A stretch of DNA of 64,000 nucleotides from the NCBI GenBank assembly GCA_963787125.1, contig CAWBBV010000001.1:352001-416000 (forward strand), written 5' to 3'. A model generated the notes under the pieces. That model was not told the origin of the DNA and did no database searches. It saw only the letters and a program-made list of their open reading frames with translations. Position numbers and translations under genes: made by a program. The stretch comes from an uncultured delta proteobacterium (GTDB taxonomy: Bacteria; Desulfobacterota; Desulfuromonadia; Geobacterales; DSM-12255). Below are positions 29,143-38,675 of this stretch, in pieces. Each line of letters starts with the position of its first letter. Position 1 is the stretch's first letter.

Positions 29143-31332
29143 ATGACAACTCTCCGAAAAACAGCCCTCGCCCTTGCCCTGCTTGTGACGCTCCTGCTGC
29201 CTTCAACTCCCGTCGCAGTGCAGTCAGCGCTGAAGAAGCCAGCCGCTTTGAAAGGCAGTTACGTTGACGGCGAGCTGCTGGTCAAGTTCAAAAAAAGCGG
29301 CACAGGCAAAACTCTGCACAAGTCAGTCGGCTCAACCCTCAAGAGCAGCATCAAGATGCTTAAAATTGACCATGTTGCCATCCCGCAGGGGATGACTGTT
29401 CAGCAAGCGATTGCTCTCTACCGTGCAAATCCCGAGGTAGAGTTTGCCGAACCGAACTACCGTGTTCGCAAGGCAGTTATTCCTGATGATCCTCTTTACA
29501 TGGCGGGACAGTGGAATCTGCCGCTGATAGCGGCTCCAGCTGCATGGAGCCGCGCTACAGGCGGCAATACAACAGAATCAGTCATTGTTGCTGTACTCGA
29601 TACCGGGGTTGCCTATACGCATCCTGACCTTATCGCCAACCTCTGGACAAATCCCGGCGAGACTGCAAATAACGGCATTGATGATGATGGAAACGGCATT
29701 GTTGACGATTATTACGGAGCCAGCTTTGGCGGCATGAAGCCTGGTGATCCCTGGGATGACGACACTGCTGATTCTCATGGCAGCCATGTAGCCGGAATTA
29801 TAGGGGCGGTTGGTAATAATGGTATCGGCATTGCCGGGATTAACTGGTCTGCCCGTATTCTGGCGGTAAAAGTCCTCCATGGGCCTGAAGGTTACGGTGA
29901 GCTGAGTGATGTCCTCAAAGGCGCTGAGTATGCCCTTTCAAAAGGGGCGAAAATCCTCAATTGCAGCATTGAATCAACAGATGACGCCCCTGACTCAAAT
30001 GGGATTCAATCACTGCATGAAATGGTGAAGGCAGCTGATAGAGCCGGTGCTCTGGTTGTCTCTGCAGCAGGAAACACCGGCCTTAACCTTGACGTCTCCA
30101 ATATTTATCCTGCATCCATCAGAGAACCGAATAACATCGCCGTTGCTGCCGTTGAAAGGGGTGATCGGTTGGCCTCCTACTCTGATTACGGCAGACACTC
30201 AGTCGACCTGGCTGCTCCAGGCGGGTCTGCTGGAGGCACAGGCAATGATGGCGGCGTCTTGAGCACCGTCTGGTTAGCTGGAGGCGCCCAACTATACAGA
30301 ACAACTTCCGGAACCTCGATGGCAGCGCCTCATGTCAGCGGCGCAGCAGCGCTCGCCTGGAACGCCGATAAAGACCTGACAAATTATCAGGTCAAAGCAA
30401 GAATCTACAACAGCGTTGATCGGCTGACTCAATACAGTGACAAAACAATAACCGGTGGCAGGCTGAATCTGGATTCACTTCTTACGGTCAGTGATCTGCC
30501 TGCTGTCTTCAATGTGTCACCTTACCGTCTGCAGAGCGGCACAGAGATTACCATTACCGGCTCGAATTTCGGGGCGGCGACCGGCAGTGTCACTGTCGGT
30601 GGCAAATTTGCTGTCATCCGCTCATGGAGTGACATTTCAATTGCAGCGATAGCCCCTGGTGGAGTTGACGGAGATTTGCTGATTGTAAACGGCAGTGGCA
30701 GCGGCTTTCCCCTGCTCTATCCGCCGCTCCCGGTCATTACTATTACGGCTAACCCGGAAACCGGAACTCTGCCGGACAGCACGGTCTTTCTGGTTACAGT
30801 TGATCCGCAGGAGACGAAGATAACAAAATATGAATGGGATTTTGGAACGGGCATATATACGCAAAGCGCCGGCGATTCCATCTCCCATGAATTCACTTTA
30901 GCGGGTGAATATCCGATAAGAGCAAGAGTAACCGATGACCTTGGCAGAGTGGTTGAAGCTTCGCTTCTTTATACTGTGAATGATGTCGCTGTCCCTGGCA
31001 GGAGCGGCTGTTTCATCGCCACTGCCGCCTACGGAAGCTATCTCCACCCTAAAGTCAGACTGCTCCGTGATTTTAGGGATAACTGGCTCTTGACAAACAG
31101 TCCGGGCAGGGCTTTCGTGTCGCTGTACTACCGCTACAGTCCTCCTCTTGCGGACTTCATTGCCGCTAGAGAGTGGTTGAAACTGTCCGTTCGGCTGCTT
31201 TTACTGCCGCTGATTATAATAATTGAGAATCCTGCCGCTATTTCCCTGTTGCTGACCTTGTTTGCAGGCGGGGCATTTATGCGCTGGCGGAGCCTGAATC
31301 CAGGCCGGTTTAGCCGATACTTTTCACCTTGA
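29143..31332 (+). CDS. Secreted S8 subtilase with IPT/PKD domains and CFI-box C-terminal domain
   Basis: DTG, HGSHVAG, GTSMAAPHVSG triad; C-terminal GCFIATAAYGS...LRDFRD...YYRYSPPLAD plus TM. Confidence 0.9.
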   Translation: MTTLRKTALALALLVTLLLPSTPVAVQSALKKPAALKGSYVDGELLVKFKKSGTGKTLHKSVGSTLKSSIKMLKIDHVAIPQGMTVQQAIALYRANPEVEFAEPNYRVRKAVIPDDPLYMAGQWNLPLIAAPAAWSRATGGNTTESVIVAVLDTGVAYTHPDLIANLWTNPGETANNGIDDDGNGIVDDYYGASFGGMKPGDPWDDDTADSHGSHVAGIIGAVGNNGIGIAGINWSARILAVKVLHGPEGYGELSDVLKGAEYALSKGAKILNCSIESTDDAPDSNGIQSLHEMVKAADRAGALVVSAAGNTGLNLDVSNIYPASIREPNNIAVAAVERGDRLASYSDYGRHSVDLAAPGGSAGGTGNDGGVLSTVWLAGGAQLYRTTSGTSMAAPHVSGAAALAWNADKDLTNYQVKARIYNSVDRLTQYSDKTITGGRLNLDSLLTVSDLPAVFNVSPYRLQSGTEITITGSNFGAATGSVTVGGKFAVIRSWSDISIAAIAPGGVDGDLLIVNGSGSGFPLLYPPLPVITITANPETGTLPDSTVFLVTVDPQETKITKYEWDFGTGIYTQSAGDSISHEFTLAGEYPIRARVTDDLGRVVEASLLYTVNDVAVPGRSGCFIATAAYGSYLHPKVRLLRDFRDNWLLTNSPGRAFVSLYYRYSPPLADFIAAREWLKLSVRLLLLPLIIIIENPAAISLLLTLFAGGAFMRWRSLNPGRFSRYFSP

Positions 31333-32548
31333 CCGGCAGATACAGCAGAATAGCAACGGCTAGACCGATCAGCGGGAAGAGGAAGGCGGCATGAAACGAA
31401 TGGGGGGTAATGCTGCCCCCCTTGCCAAGCTGCTCGATGATGACCCCCATAAGATGCTGGGTGACCGCCGCCCCCATCAGGACAAAGAAGTTGAGTGATG
31501 TCAGCGCCGTCCCGACAATCTCCACCCTGAAGCCATTCCTGATGATCGGGTAGATCATGACCCCTCCTGAAACCGCGATGCCGATGGAGAAAAACCAGAA
31601 CGGAATGAGCGCCACTGGAATCATCTCCCCCCACCCCAGAAAACCGCTCATTAATAACAACAGCATGAACTGACCGGCTAGCAGTGTTTTCTTGTAAGAA
31701 TTGAAAACTCTCCTGGCAATGATATCGATAGTCAAACTCCCGGCTATAAAACCGATGGAGGTATACATGAGCATACTGCCCGCTTCGGTGCGGGAGTAAT
31801 GAAGGATGTTCATCAGATACGGGCCTCCCCAGAGGCCCTGCACGGCAAGATAGTTGCCGTACCAGAAAAAAGAGATCACTCCCAGAAGGAGAAAATCATG
31901 CCGGCCAAAGATCTCTTTCCAGGCAGCCAGCATCCCTGTCTGCTCATTATTGCTCTTAGCACCCGGAATTGAACTGACAGGGGGCCTATCTCTGACTATA
32001 CCGTACACCAGCAGCGTTACCAGCCCCTGCAGGACTGCAATGACAACAAATGAACTCCGCCAGCCGAATGCGCCCACGGCAATGGCAAGTGGAACTGTGC
32101 CGATAACATTGCCAACGTTGCCGACCGCCACCATCAAGCCGGAGACCCGGCTAAACTCTTTTCTGCTGAACCAGTGGCTGAATATCGTGAAAGTTGCCAT
32201 CAGCACTGAAGAGGTGCCGATCCCGATCAAAACCCTGGCGATCATGGCAGTTTCAAGATTAGTTGCAGCAGCAAACAGCCCCCCGCCGATAGTTGTCAGA
32301 ACACCGCAGAGACTTATGATCAGCCTGCCCCCCAGGCGGTCAATAAGAGGGCCGAGTGGAATCTGGGCAAGTGCGTACACATAGAAGAGGATGCCGGAAA
32401 GTCTGCCGAGATCTGCCGGCGTCAGGGAGAGTTCACGGGAGATATCGCCGGCGACGACCGCCAGCGACACTCTGTAGAAGTAGACAAGTATGTAAATAAG
32501 GGCGAGGGTTGAAAAGATGATCCAGCGGCGGCTGTTATTATTCGACAC
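31310..32548 (-). CDS. MFS transporter
   Basis: ~12 hydrophobic segments, G.LIDRLGGR motif A. Confidence 0.88.
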   Translation of the reverse strand: MSNNNSRRWIIFSTLALIYILVYFYRVSLAVVAGDISRELSLTPADLGRLSGILFYVYALAQIPLGPLIDRLGGRLIISLCGVLTTIGGGLFAAATNLETAMIARVLIGIGTSSVLMATFTIFSHWFSRKEFSRVSGLMVAVGNVGNVIGTVPLAIAVGAFGWRSSFVVIAVLQGLVTLLVYGIVRDRPPVSSIPGAKSNNEQTGMLAAWKEIFGRHDFLLLGVISFFWYGNYLAVQGLWGGPYLMNILHYSRTEAGSMLMYTSIGFIAGSLTIDIIARRVFNSYKKTLLAGQFMLLLLMSGFLGWGEMIPVALIPFWFFSIGIAVSGGVMIYPIIRNGFRVEIVGTALTSLNFFVLMGAAVTQHLMGVIIEQLGKGGSITPHSFHAAFLFPLIGLAVAILLYLPVKVKSIG

Positions 32549-33146
32549 AGGTTACCGCATCTCTCTGAACGACCTTGATATCACCGGTGGTCATATCATA
32601 GACCCAGCCGTGAATTGAGAGTTTATTCTCCCGCATGGCGTTCCTGACAAACGGATATTCACGCAGATGCTCAAGCTGGAGGCGGACATTCTCTTCCACG
32701 ACCAGTTGCATCCGCTGCTCGTCGGAAAGTTTGATCCGCAGACTGGCAATCTTTTCATCAACCCGCTCCTTGGCCTTGTAGGCATTATTCAGCCAGATCG
32801 GTATATAGCGGTCGTCATGATGCTCTTCATCCATGGCGGCAATGCCGCCGCAGCCGTAATGGCCGCAGACGACGATATCAGGGATCTGGAGGTGATTGAT
32901 GGAAAATTCGAGAACAGCCGAAAGATTCCAGTCGTTCGTCGCCACAATGTTGGCAACATTGCGGTGAACAAAAACTTCTCCCGGCCTTGTCTGGGTGATG
33001 GTGTTGACCGGAACACGGGAGTCTGAACAGCCGATCCAGAGCACCGTAGGCCGCTGCATTTTGGCAAGATCCTCGAAGTAATCCCGCTCAACATCGAAGA
33101 CTTCCGTGACAAAGCGTCTGTTGCCGTCGAGAAGAGTGGTTATCAT
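32538..33146 (-). CDS. Beta-class carbonic anhydrase
   Basis: GCSDSRVP, HRNVAN, GHYGCGG. Confidence 0.92.
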   Translation of the reverse strand: MITTLLDGNRRFVTEVFDVERDYFEDLAKMQRPTVLWIGCSDSRVPVNTITQTRPGEVFVHRNVANIVATNDWNLSAVLEFSINHLQIPDIVVCGHYGCGGIAAMDEEHHDDRYIPIWLNNAYKAKERVDEKIASLRIKLSDEQRMQLVVEENVRLQLEHLREYPFVRNAMRENKLSIHGWVYDMTTGDIKVVQRDAVTCVE

Positions 33147-33172
33147 AACTGCCCTCCATGAACTGCAGGCTG

Positions 33173-33688
33173 CTAAAGAAGCGTTTTAACCGCCCCGATG
33201 ACCGCCGCATAATCCGGTTCAGCGGTGACTTCCGGTACAATTTGAATATATCTGATGATATCATCCGCATCTATGACAAAAACCGAGCGGCAGAGAAGTT
33301 TCAGCTCCTTTATCAAAACGCCGTAGGCTGAGGCAAAGTCGCGTTCCTGATAGTCGGAAAGCGTTGTGACCCGGTCAATTCCGGCTGCGCCGCACCATCT
33401 TTTCTGGGCAAAGGGGAGATCAAGGCTCACCGTCAGCACAACAACATTTTCCGGCAGACCGGCAGCCTCCTGGTTGAAACGGCGGGTTTCGGTGTCGCAG
33501 ACCGGCGTATCCAGCGAAGGGACTGCGCTGATGACCTTGATTTTACCGCTGTAGCTGGCAAGAGTTACCGGTGCAAGGCCATTGTCCACAACCCTGAAAT
33601 CAGGGGCCTTTTCGCCGGCTTTGAGCTCCGGACCAAGCAGTGTAAATGGATTACCTTTAAAGGTTATTATTCCCGTTCTTTCGTTCAT
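33173..33688 (-). CDS. tpx: Thiol peroxidase
   Basis: VPSLDTPVC, DLPFAQKRWCGA; start taken at MNERTG. Confidence 0.92.
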   Translation of the reverse strand: MNERTGIITFKGNPFTLLGPELKAGEKAPDFRVVDNGLAPVTLASYSGKIKVISAVPSLDTPVCDTETRRFNQEAAGLPENVVVLTVSLDLPFAQKRWCGAAGIDRVTTLSDYQERDFASAYGVLIKELKLLCRSVFVIDADDIIRYIQIVPEVTAEPDYAAVIGAVKTLL

Positions 33689-33898
33689 GGCATTTTTCTC
33701 CCGTTGTTCTGAAATATTCACCGTTCAAATTGTAGCCGAGGCCGGACAAAAGGCAAGCGGGCGTGTCAGACAAGCGCTGTGCCGCTGTTTTTCATCTTGC
33801 ATTTTCCCGCTGATTCGGGTTTTTATTACTGGTTGCAATTATCATTAGCGAAATGTACTGACAATGTGACTATGCTGTCAACATTCAAAAGAGGATCC

Positions 33899-34378
33899 AT
33901 GCAAAAGAAAACGGCTGAAAAAGAAAACCTTCCGGCTATCGACCTGAGCGGCGAAGACGCCTGGGAGCTGTTCGATGCGCCTTCACTGGTGGGAGAATCG
34001 CTGCGTTTCGTTTCCGGAGACCCGCAAGGGAACCGCTTCAGAGTCCGCTATTACCGCGACGCAGATAAGCACCTTCATGCCAGAATCTGGTTCGGCCCGG
34101 AAACAGAAGGCCCTCCCGGCCATGCCCACGGTGGTTCTGTAGCGGCGGTCATGGATGAAGCGCTTGGTCTGGCAGCCTGGGCAGCAGGCTACGCCATAGT
34201 TGTCGGCAACCTGAACGTCAGTTTTCGCAATCTGCTGCCGCTGCAGCAAGTGGTGACAGTTGAAAGCAGGGTCATCTCGGCAGAAGGGCGTAAAATCATG
34301 GTGCACGGACGGATATTCTGCGGCGAGACAACCTACGCCGAAGGTGAATGTCTCTGCATTACTCTGCCGGGGAAATAG
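33899..34378 (+). CDS. PaaI-family thioesterase
   Basis: EGPPGHAHGG...MDE hotdog motif. Confidence 0.85.
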   Translation: MQKKTAEKENLPAIDLSGEDAWELFDAPSLVGESLRFVSGDPQGNRFRVRYYRDADKHLHARIWFGPETEGPPGHAHGGSVAAVMDEALGLAAWAAGYAIVVGNLNVSFRNLLPLQQVVTVESRVISAEGRKIMVHGRIFCGETTYAEGECLCITLPGK

Positions 34379-34385
34379 GCCTTTT

Positions 34386-35201
34386 ATGACACCGTCTCCT
34401 GATACGTTTCTTGCAACAGCAGTCGGCCTGGCAAAAGAGGCCGGGCTTTATCAGCGCTCAAAGCTCTGGACCCCGCTTCAGATTCAGCACAAGGGGGAGA
34501 TCGATCTTGTCACCGAAGTGGATCAGGAGTCTGAGAAAATCCTGGTGGGCGGCCTGCAGCGGGCCTTTCCCGAGCACGATTTCCTTGCCGAAGAGAACCT
34601 GTATCAGGACAGGGGTAAAAGTCACAAGTGGATCATTGATCCGCTCGACGGCACAACCAATTTTGCCCACGGCTTCCCCTGGTTTGCCGTCTCGATGGCG
34701 CTTGAGATAGAAGGAGAAGTTGTCCTCGGTGTCGTACTCCACACGATGATGGATGAAATCTTCACCGCCGTTAAAGGCCAAGGCGCCTATCTGAACGGAG
34801 TCCGCCTCGCGGTCTCGCCCCGCTCACCGCTGCGCGGCGCTCTCCTGGCGACCGGCTTCCCTTATGACAGCGCCACCGACAGGGAGAACAATTTCGCTCA
34901 TTTCGTCAACTTCCAGATGAGTTGTCGCGGCATACGAAGAGCCGGTGCTGCTGCCCTTGATCTGGCGTATGTAGCTGCCGGACGACTTGACGGCTTCTGG
35001 GAGTGCAAGCTCAAACCGTGGGATGTGGCCGCGGGGCAACTGCTTGTGCTGGAGGCGGGCGGAAGAGTGACCGGCTATGCAGGAGAGCCTTACTCGGTAT
35101 ACAACCACCGGATAGTTGCCGGCAACGGCCTGATCCATGAAGAGATGCTGGCGATGCTCAACAAACCTGCCCCGCTGGATGCGGTCTGCACTTCGAGGTG
35201 A
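34386..35201 (+). CDS. suhB: Inositol monophosphatase family protein
   Basis: DLVTEVD, IIDPLDGTTNFAHG, LKPWDVAAG. Confidence 0.9.
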   Translation: MTPSPDTFLATAVGLAKEAGLYQRSKLWTPLQIQHKGEIDLVTEVDQESEKILVGGLQRAFPEHDFLAEENLYQDRGKSHKWIIDPLDGTTNFAHGFPWFAVSMALEIEGEVVLGVVLHTMMDEIFTAVKGQGAYLNGVRLAVSPRSPLRGALLATGFPYDSATDRENNFAHFVNFQMSCRGIRRAGAAALDLAYVAAGRLDGFWECKLKPWDVAAGQLLVLEAGGRVTGYAGEPYSVYNHRIVAGNGLIHEEMLAMLNKPAPLDAVCTSR

Positions 35202-35205
35202 AATC

Positions 35206-36132
35206 ATGAAAGTAGCTATTGTCGGCGCCGGTGCGCTCGGACTTTATTACGGCGCCCTTTTGCAGAAAAGCGGCGTTGAAACCCATTTTCTGCTGCGACG
35301 TGATTATGCTGCAGTCAAGGCAGACGGTCTGCGGGTGTATTCGATCAATGGCGACTTTCATCTCCCGCAAGTCCATGCCTGGCGATCACCGGCAGAAATC
35401 GGCCCTGTCGATCTTGTTATCGTCGGCCTGAAGACCTTTGCCAATAATAGCTATTATGAGCTGATTGCACCGTTGCTGAAAAAAGAGACCCGGATACTGA
35501 CCCTGCAAAATGGTCTTGGTAATGAGGAGATGCTGGCAGATCTTTTCGGCGCAGAGCGGATCATCGGCGGGGTCGCTTTCCTCTGCTCCAACCGCGGTAC
35601 ACCGGGGACTGTCCATCATCTCGGGGCAGGAAGAATCGTTCTGGGAGAGTTCATCAGCATGGATGGCAGGCGCCTGGAACAGCTGGCGGAGCTGTTCACT
35701 ACCGCCGGAGTTGATTGTAAAACAACGGCTGACCTGAAACGAGCCCGCTGGGAGAAACTTGTCTGGAACATCCCTTTTAACGGGCTGTCAGCCCTGCTGC
35801 AACAGTCTGTTGACAAACTGCTTGCAGTTGCGGCAACACGAACACTGGTACGGGAGATCATGCTCGAAGTCATAAAAGCCGCAAACGTTCAGGGACTGAA
35901 ACAGCCGATCCCGGATAAATTTGCCGATAGTATGATCGACTTCACCGATAATATGGGAGAGTATCGGCCTTCAATGCAGATTGATCGGGAAGAGGGGCGA
36001 GAGTTGGAAATCGGTTCGATTTTCAGAAATCCTCTTACGTCAGGCGCAGAGAAAAGGATCGAGATGCCGCGAGCAGAGATGCTTGCGACCCTGCTGGAAC
36101 AGTGTCAAACAGGGGCACAAGGCGGCTGTTGA
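35206..36132 (+). CDS. panE: 2-dehydropantoate 2-reductase family
   Basis: GAGALG, LQNGLG, WEKLVWN, SMQID. Confidence 0.82.
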   Translation: MKVAIVGAGALGLYYGALLQKSGVETHFLLRRDYAAVKADGLRVYSINGDFHLPQVHAWRSPAEIGPVDLVIVGLKTFANNSYYELIAPLLKKETRILTLQNGLGNEEMLADLFGAERIIGGVAFLCSNRGTPGTVHHLGAGRIVLGEFISMDGRRLEQLAELFTTAGVDCKTTADLKRARWEKLVWNIPFNGLSALLQQSVDKLLAVAATRTLVREIMLEVIKAANVQGLKQPIPDKFADSMIDFTDNMGEYRPSMQIDREEGRELEIGSIFRNPLTSGAEKRIEMPRAEMLATLLEQCQTGAQGGC

Positions 36133-36180
36133 ACGTGTCAGGAGCTGAGGTAACTTCCTTCTTTAAATTATCAGCGACAA

Positions 36181-36888
36181 TCACTTCTTGAGAATTTTCT
36201 CTGCCTCTATCTGCCTGAAAATATCATGGAGCGACTCCGAATAAATCTCTTCACGTTTCCCTTCAAGTGGATAGAACGGATAGGCAAATATCAGCAGCGC
36301 TTCGACCCAGTTGTCGAGAACAGCCTTGCGCTGATAGGTGCGAACCTTTGCCCCTTTTTTATCACGGACCTGGGCGGTAATCGTGTAATCCCAGGAGTAA
36401 GGCATCGGAATTACCGAGAGAGAAAGCAGTGAGACTGTGCCGCTGAAACACTGCTGTTTGAAAGAAGACTCCTCCAGAATCACAATCTCAACAGTGAAGT
36501 CATGGCTGGACTTAAAGTTTCCAAGCTCCTGACGGCGCTTGAGATTGTTAACGTCCTGAGGTGACTCGATGAACGTGTTATAAAGTGCAATATTGGTTAT
36601 TTCAGGGAGTGCATCGCGAAACAAGTTATCAAAATCCTTCACTCCATACGCGTGTAGTTTCGGGATACTGTCAAAACCGTGCTGCTGCACCAGATTTTTG
36701 AAATTGAAAAAAACACTCACCTTCTCCGCGCCCGAATTCTGCTCGACAGGGCGGCTATACTTTCCGGCTATTTCAGATCGTGTAGCAGCGCAGCCGCAAA
36801 GTAAAGCGTTCAAAAGAACCGACAGCAGCAGATATTTTGCAATCTGGCTGGCTCGACCCTTTAACAGGGTGCTTATGCAGTAATCCAT
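36181..36888 (-). CDS. Hypothetical lipoprotein
   Basis: LCGC lipobox; GGAGG RBS. Confidence 0.7.
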   Translation of the reverse strand: MDYCISTLLKGRASQIAKYLLLSVLLNALLCGCAATRSEIAGKYSRPVEQNSGAEKVSVFFNFKNLVQQHGFDSIPKLHAYGVKDFDNLFRDALPEITNIALYNTFIESPQDVNNLKRRQELGNFKSSHDFTVEIVILEESSFKQQCFSGTVSLLSLSVIPMPYSWDYTITAQVRDKKGAKVRTYQRKAVLDNWVEALLIFAYPFYPLEGKREEIYSESLHDIFRQIEAEKILKK

Positions 36889-36916
36889 TTGACACCTCCA
36901 TCGTTGCTGTTAATAT

Positions 36917-36951
36917 TTGCATTTGATAATAAATAATATCATTAAATGCAA
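36917..36951. promoter_or_regulatory. AT-rich palindromic operator-like site between divergent genes
   Basis: TTGCATTT-GATAATAAATAATATCATT-AAATGCAA. Confidence 0.4.
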
Positions 36952-37020
36952 TGTCTTCAGCAATTTTCTTTTATCCACTTATGGCTAAATTAGCCGCAAA
37001 CTCAAACAAGGAGACTACCT

Positions 37021-37623
37021 ATGAGAAAGCTTTTTACGTCAATCACAACCATCATCTTTGCCCTGGCTCTGCCGTTACTGGCCTCAGCCTCAACCTGGAA
37101 CATCGACTCGGATCACTCCAATGTAGGGTTCAAGGTCAAGCATCTTATGATTTCCAACGTCAAAGGGAGTTTTGACAAGCATACCGGCACTGTCGAACTG
37201 AATGACAAGGATATCACCAAGTCGAAAGTTGAAGTCAGCATTGAGACTGCTTCAATCAATACCAATGTCCAAAAGCGTGATGAACACTTGAAAAGCATAG
37301 ATTTTTTGGATGTCGCCAAGTACCCGACCATGACATTTGTTTCAAAAAAGGTGGTCAAGGCAGGCAAAGACAAACTTAAAGTGACCGGCGCCCTGACCCT
37401 TCACGGCGTCACAAAAGATGTCGTCCTCAATGTTGACGGCCCGAGCAAGGAGAGCAAAGACCCTTATGGCACCATTCGCAAAGGGGCAACAGCCACAGCA
37501 ACTATCAATCGCAAGGATTTCGGTCTGACCTGGAATGCAGCGCTTGAAACCGGCGGAGTGGTAGTTGGTGACGAGGTGAACATCATTCTTGAGATCGAGT
37601 TGATAAAAGTGAAGGACAAGTAG
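37021..37623 (+). CDS. yceI: YceI-family periplasmic polyisoprenoid-binding protein
   Basis: Signal peptide; WNID.DHS, RDEHL, LTLHGVT, INRKDFG. Confidence 0.92.
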   Translation: MRKLFTSITTIIFALALPLLASASTWNIDSDHSNVGFKVKHLMISNVKGSFDKHTGTVELNDKDITKSKVEVSIETASINTNVQKRDEHLKSIDFLDVAKYPTMTFVSKKVVKAGKDKLKVTGALTLHGVTKDVVLNVDGPSKESKDPYGTIRKGATATATINRKDFGLTWNAALETGGVVVGDEVNIILEIELIKVKDK

Positions 37624-37747
37624 CAGTCCGGCGCTACGATACAGGCAAAAAAGGGAGCGACCGATTAGGCGCTCCCTTTTTTGTTGTTACAAGTGACTTT
37701 CGAATTTTTCAAATAGCCAGCTGTTTCCCCATATCGTGCGGCACAAC
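37501..37747 (+). repeat. Direct repeat copy 1 (yceI 3' end + terminator + remnant of giant-gene 3' end)
   Basis: Aligns over ~246 nt with 41125-41370. Confidence 0.92.
37647..37682. terminator. Bidirectional terminator after yceI
   Basis: AAAAAAGGGAGCG...CGCTCCCTTTTTT. Confidence 0.85.
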
Positions 37748-37760
37748 TGTTGGCGCAAAC

Positions 37761-38582
37761 TCAGTTCGGATTGCAAACCGGCCAGAGTTGCAGGTAACTT
37801 AAGAGCGGTTTTGGTGTCGAGTTGCCATCTTCAAGATCAACGGCCAATCTGGTCATGTGGCCGGCGGGATTGTCGATTTTATCCGTGGTATCAGTCCAGT
37901 AGTAGTCATTGACAACCCCTTTAAAACCGACAGCGTTAAAATAGTCTGCGGCATATCCATTGCTGCTCTTCCCTTTGTACCCGGCATAAAGGGCATAAGC
38001 CATTATGCCCTTCAATTCACTTTCCCAGGGAAGTCTCCAATCAGAGCAACCGGCAAATCTTTTTGCTGATAATCGGCTGGCGGCCCCTCTTGCATTGCCA
38101 AAACTGACTGCTTTGCCATCCTTTGACACCATCCGCAGCCAGAGCAGACCGGTATTTTTATCACTGGCGGCTAATTCATCGAAGGTAAAAGGGGACTCTT
38201 TCAAGGCTGGCGAAGCTAGCGGCGGTGCGTTCGCTTTTAGCGGCTCTGGAGTGCCAATGGCATCCACATTCCAGGTCACTTCGCCATCAAAACCGGCGGG
38301 GATATCGGTGAGGGTATCCCATACTATCCGCTTGCCAACTCCAGTTTTGACTTTTTTGCCGAAGTCGCCCTTCAGGGTCAGCTTTTCAGCAGCATATTTT
38401 CGACCGGATATGGTCAGTGAGACTGCCACTTCAGTTTCTCTTTCTCCGATTTCGCCACTGAGATCAAAGGTAGCAAAACCCTTGTCACCGCTCTGGCCAA
38501 CCTTGAGATTGATAATTTCGGCGGCAATAAGGGTAACAGGAAGAGCAAGGACAAACGCTAACGTAAAAACAATAAGTTTCAT
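37761..38582 (-). CDS. Exported DUF1566 (Lcl C-terminal, CLec-fold)-like protein, paralogue B
   Basis: Signal peptide from ATG 38582; D.NTGLLW, GCSDWRLP...EL, YYWT, C-terminal WPVC. Confidence 0.8.
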   Translation of the reverse strand: MKLIVFTLAFVLALPVTLIAAEIINLKVGQSGDKGFATFDLSGEIGERETEVAVSLTISGRKYAAEKLTLKGDFGKKVKTGVGKRIVWDTLTDIPAGFDGEVTWNVDAIGTPEPLKANAPPLASPALKESPFTFDELAASDKNTGLLWLRMVSKDGKAVSFGNARGAASRLSAKRFAGCSDWRLPWESELKGIMAYALYAGYKGKSSNGYAADYFNAVGFKGVVNDYYWTDTTDKIDNPAGHMTRLAVDLEDGNSTPKPLLSYLQLWPVCNPN

Positions 38583-38640
38583 GGGCCTTCTTTTGTAAAA
38601 AGTGAAATAGTCACTGTCGGCATCACCAGAACCAGGGTTT

Positions 38641-38675
38641 CTGAAATTGTGCGTCGCTTGTGGGCACAATTTCAG
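38641..38675. repeat. Perfect 12-bp inverted repeat overlapping the stop codon of paralogue A
   Basis: CTGAAATTGTGC-N11-GCACAATTTCAG. Confidence 0.8.
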
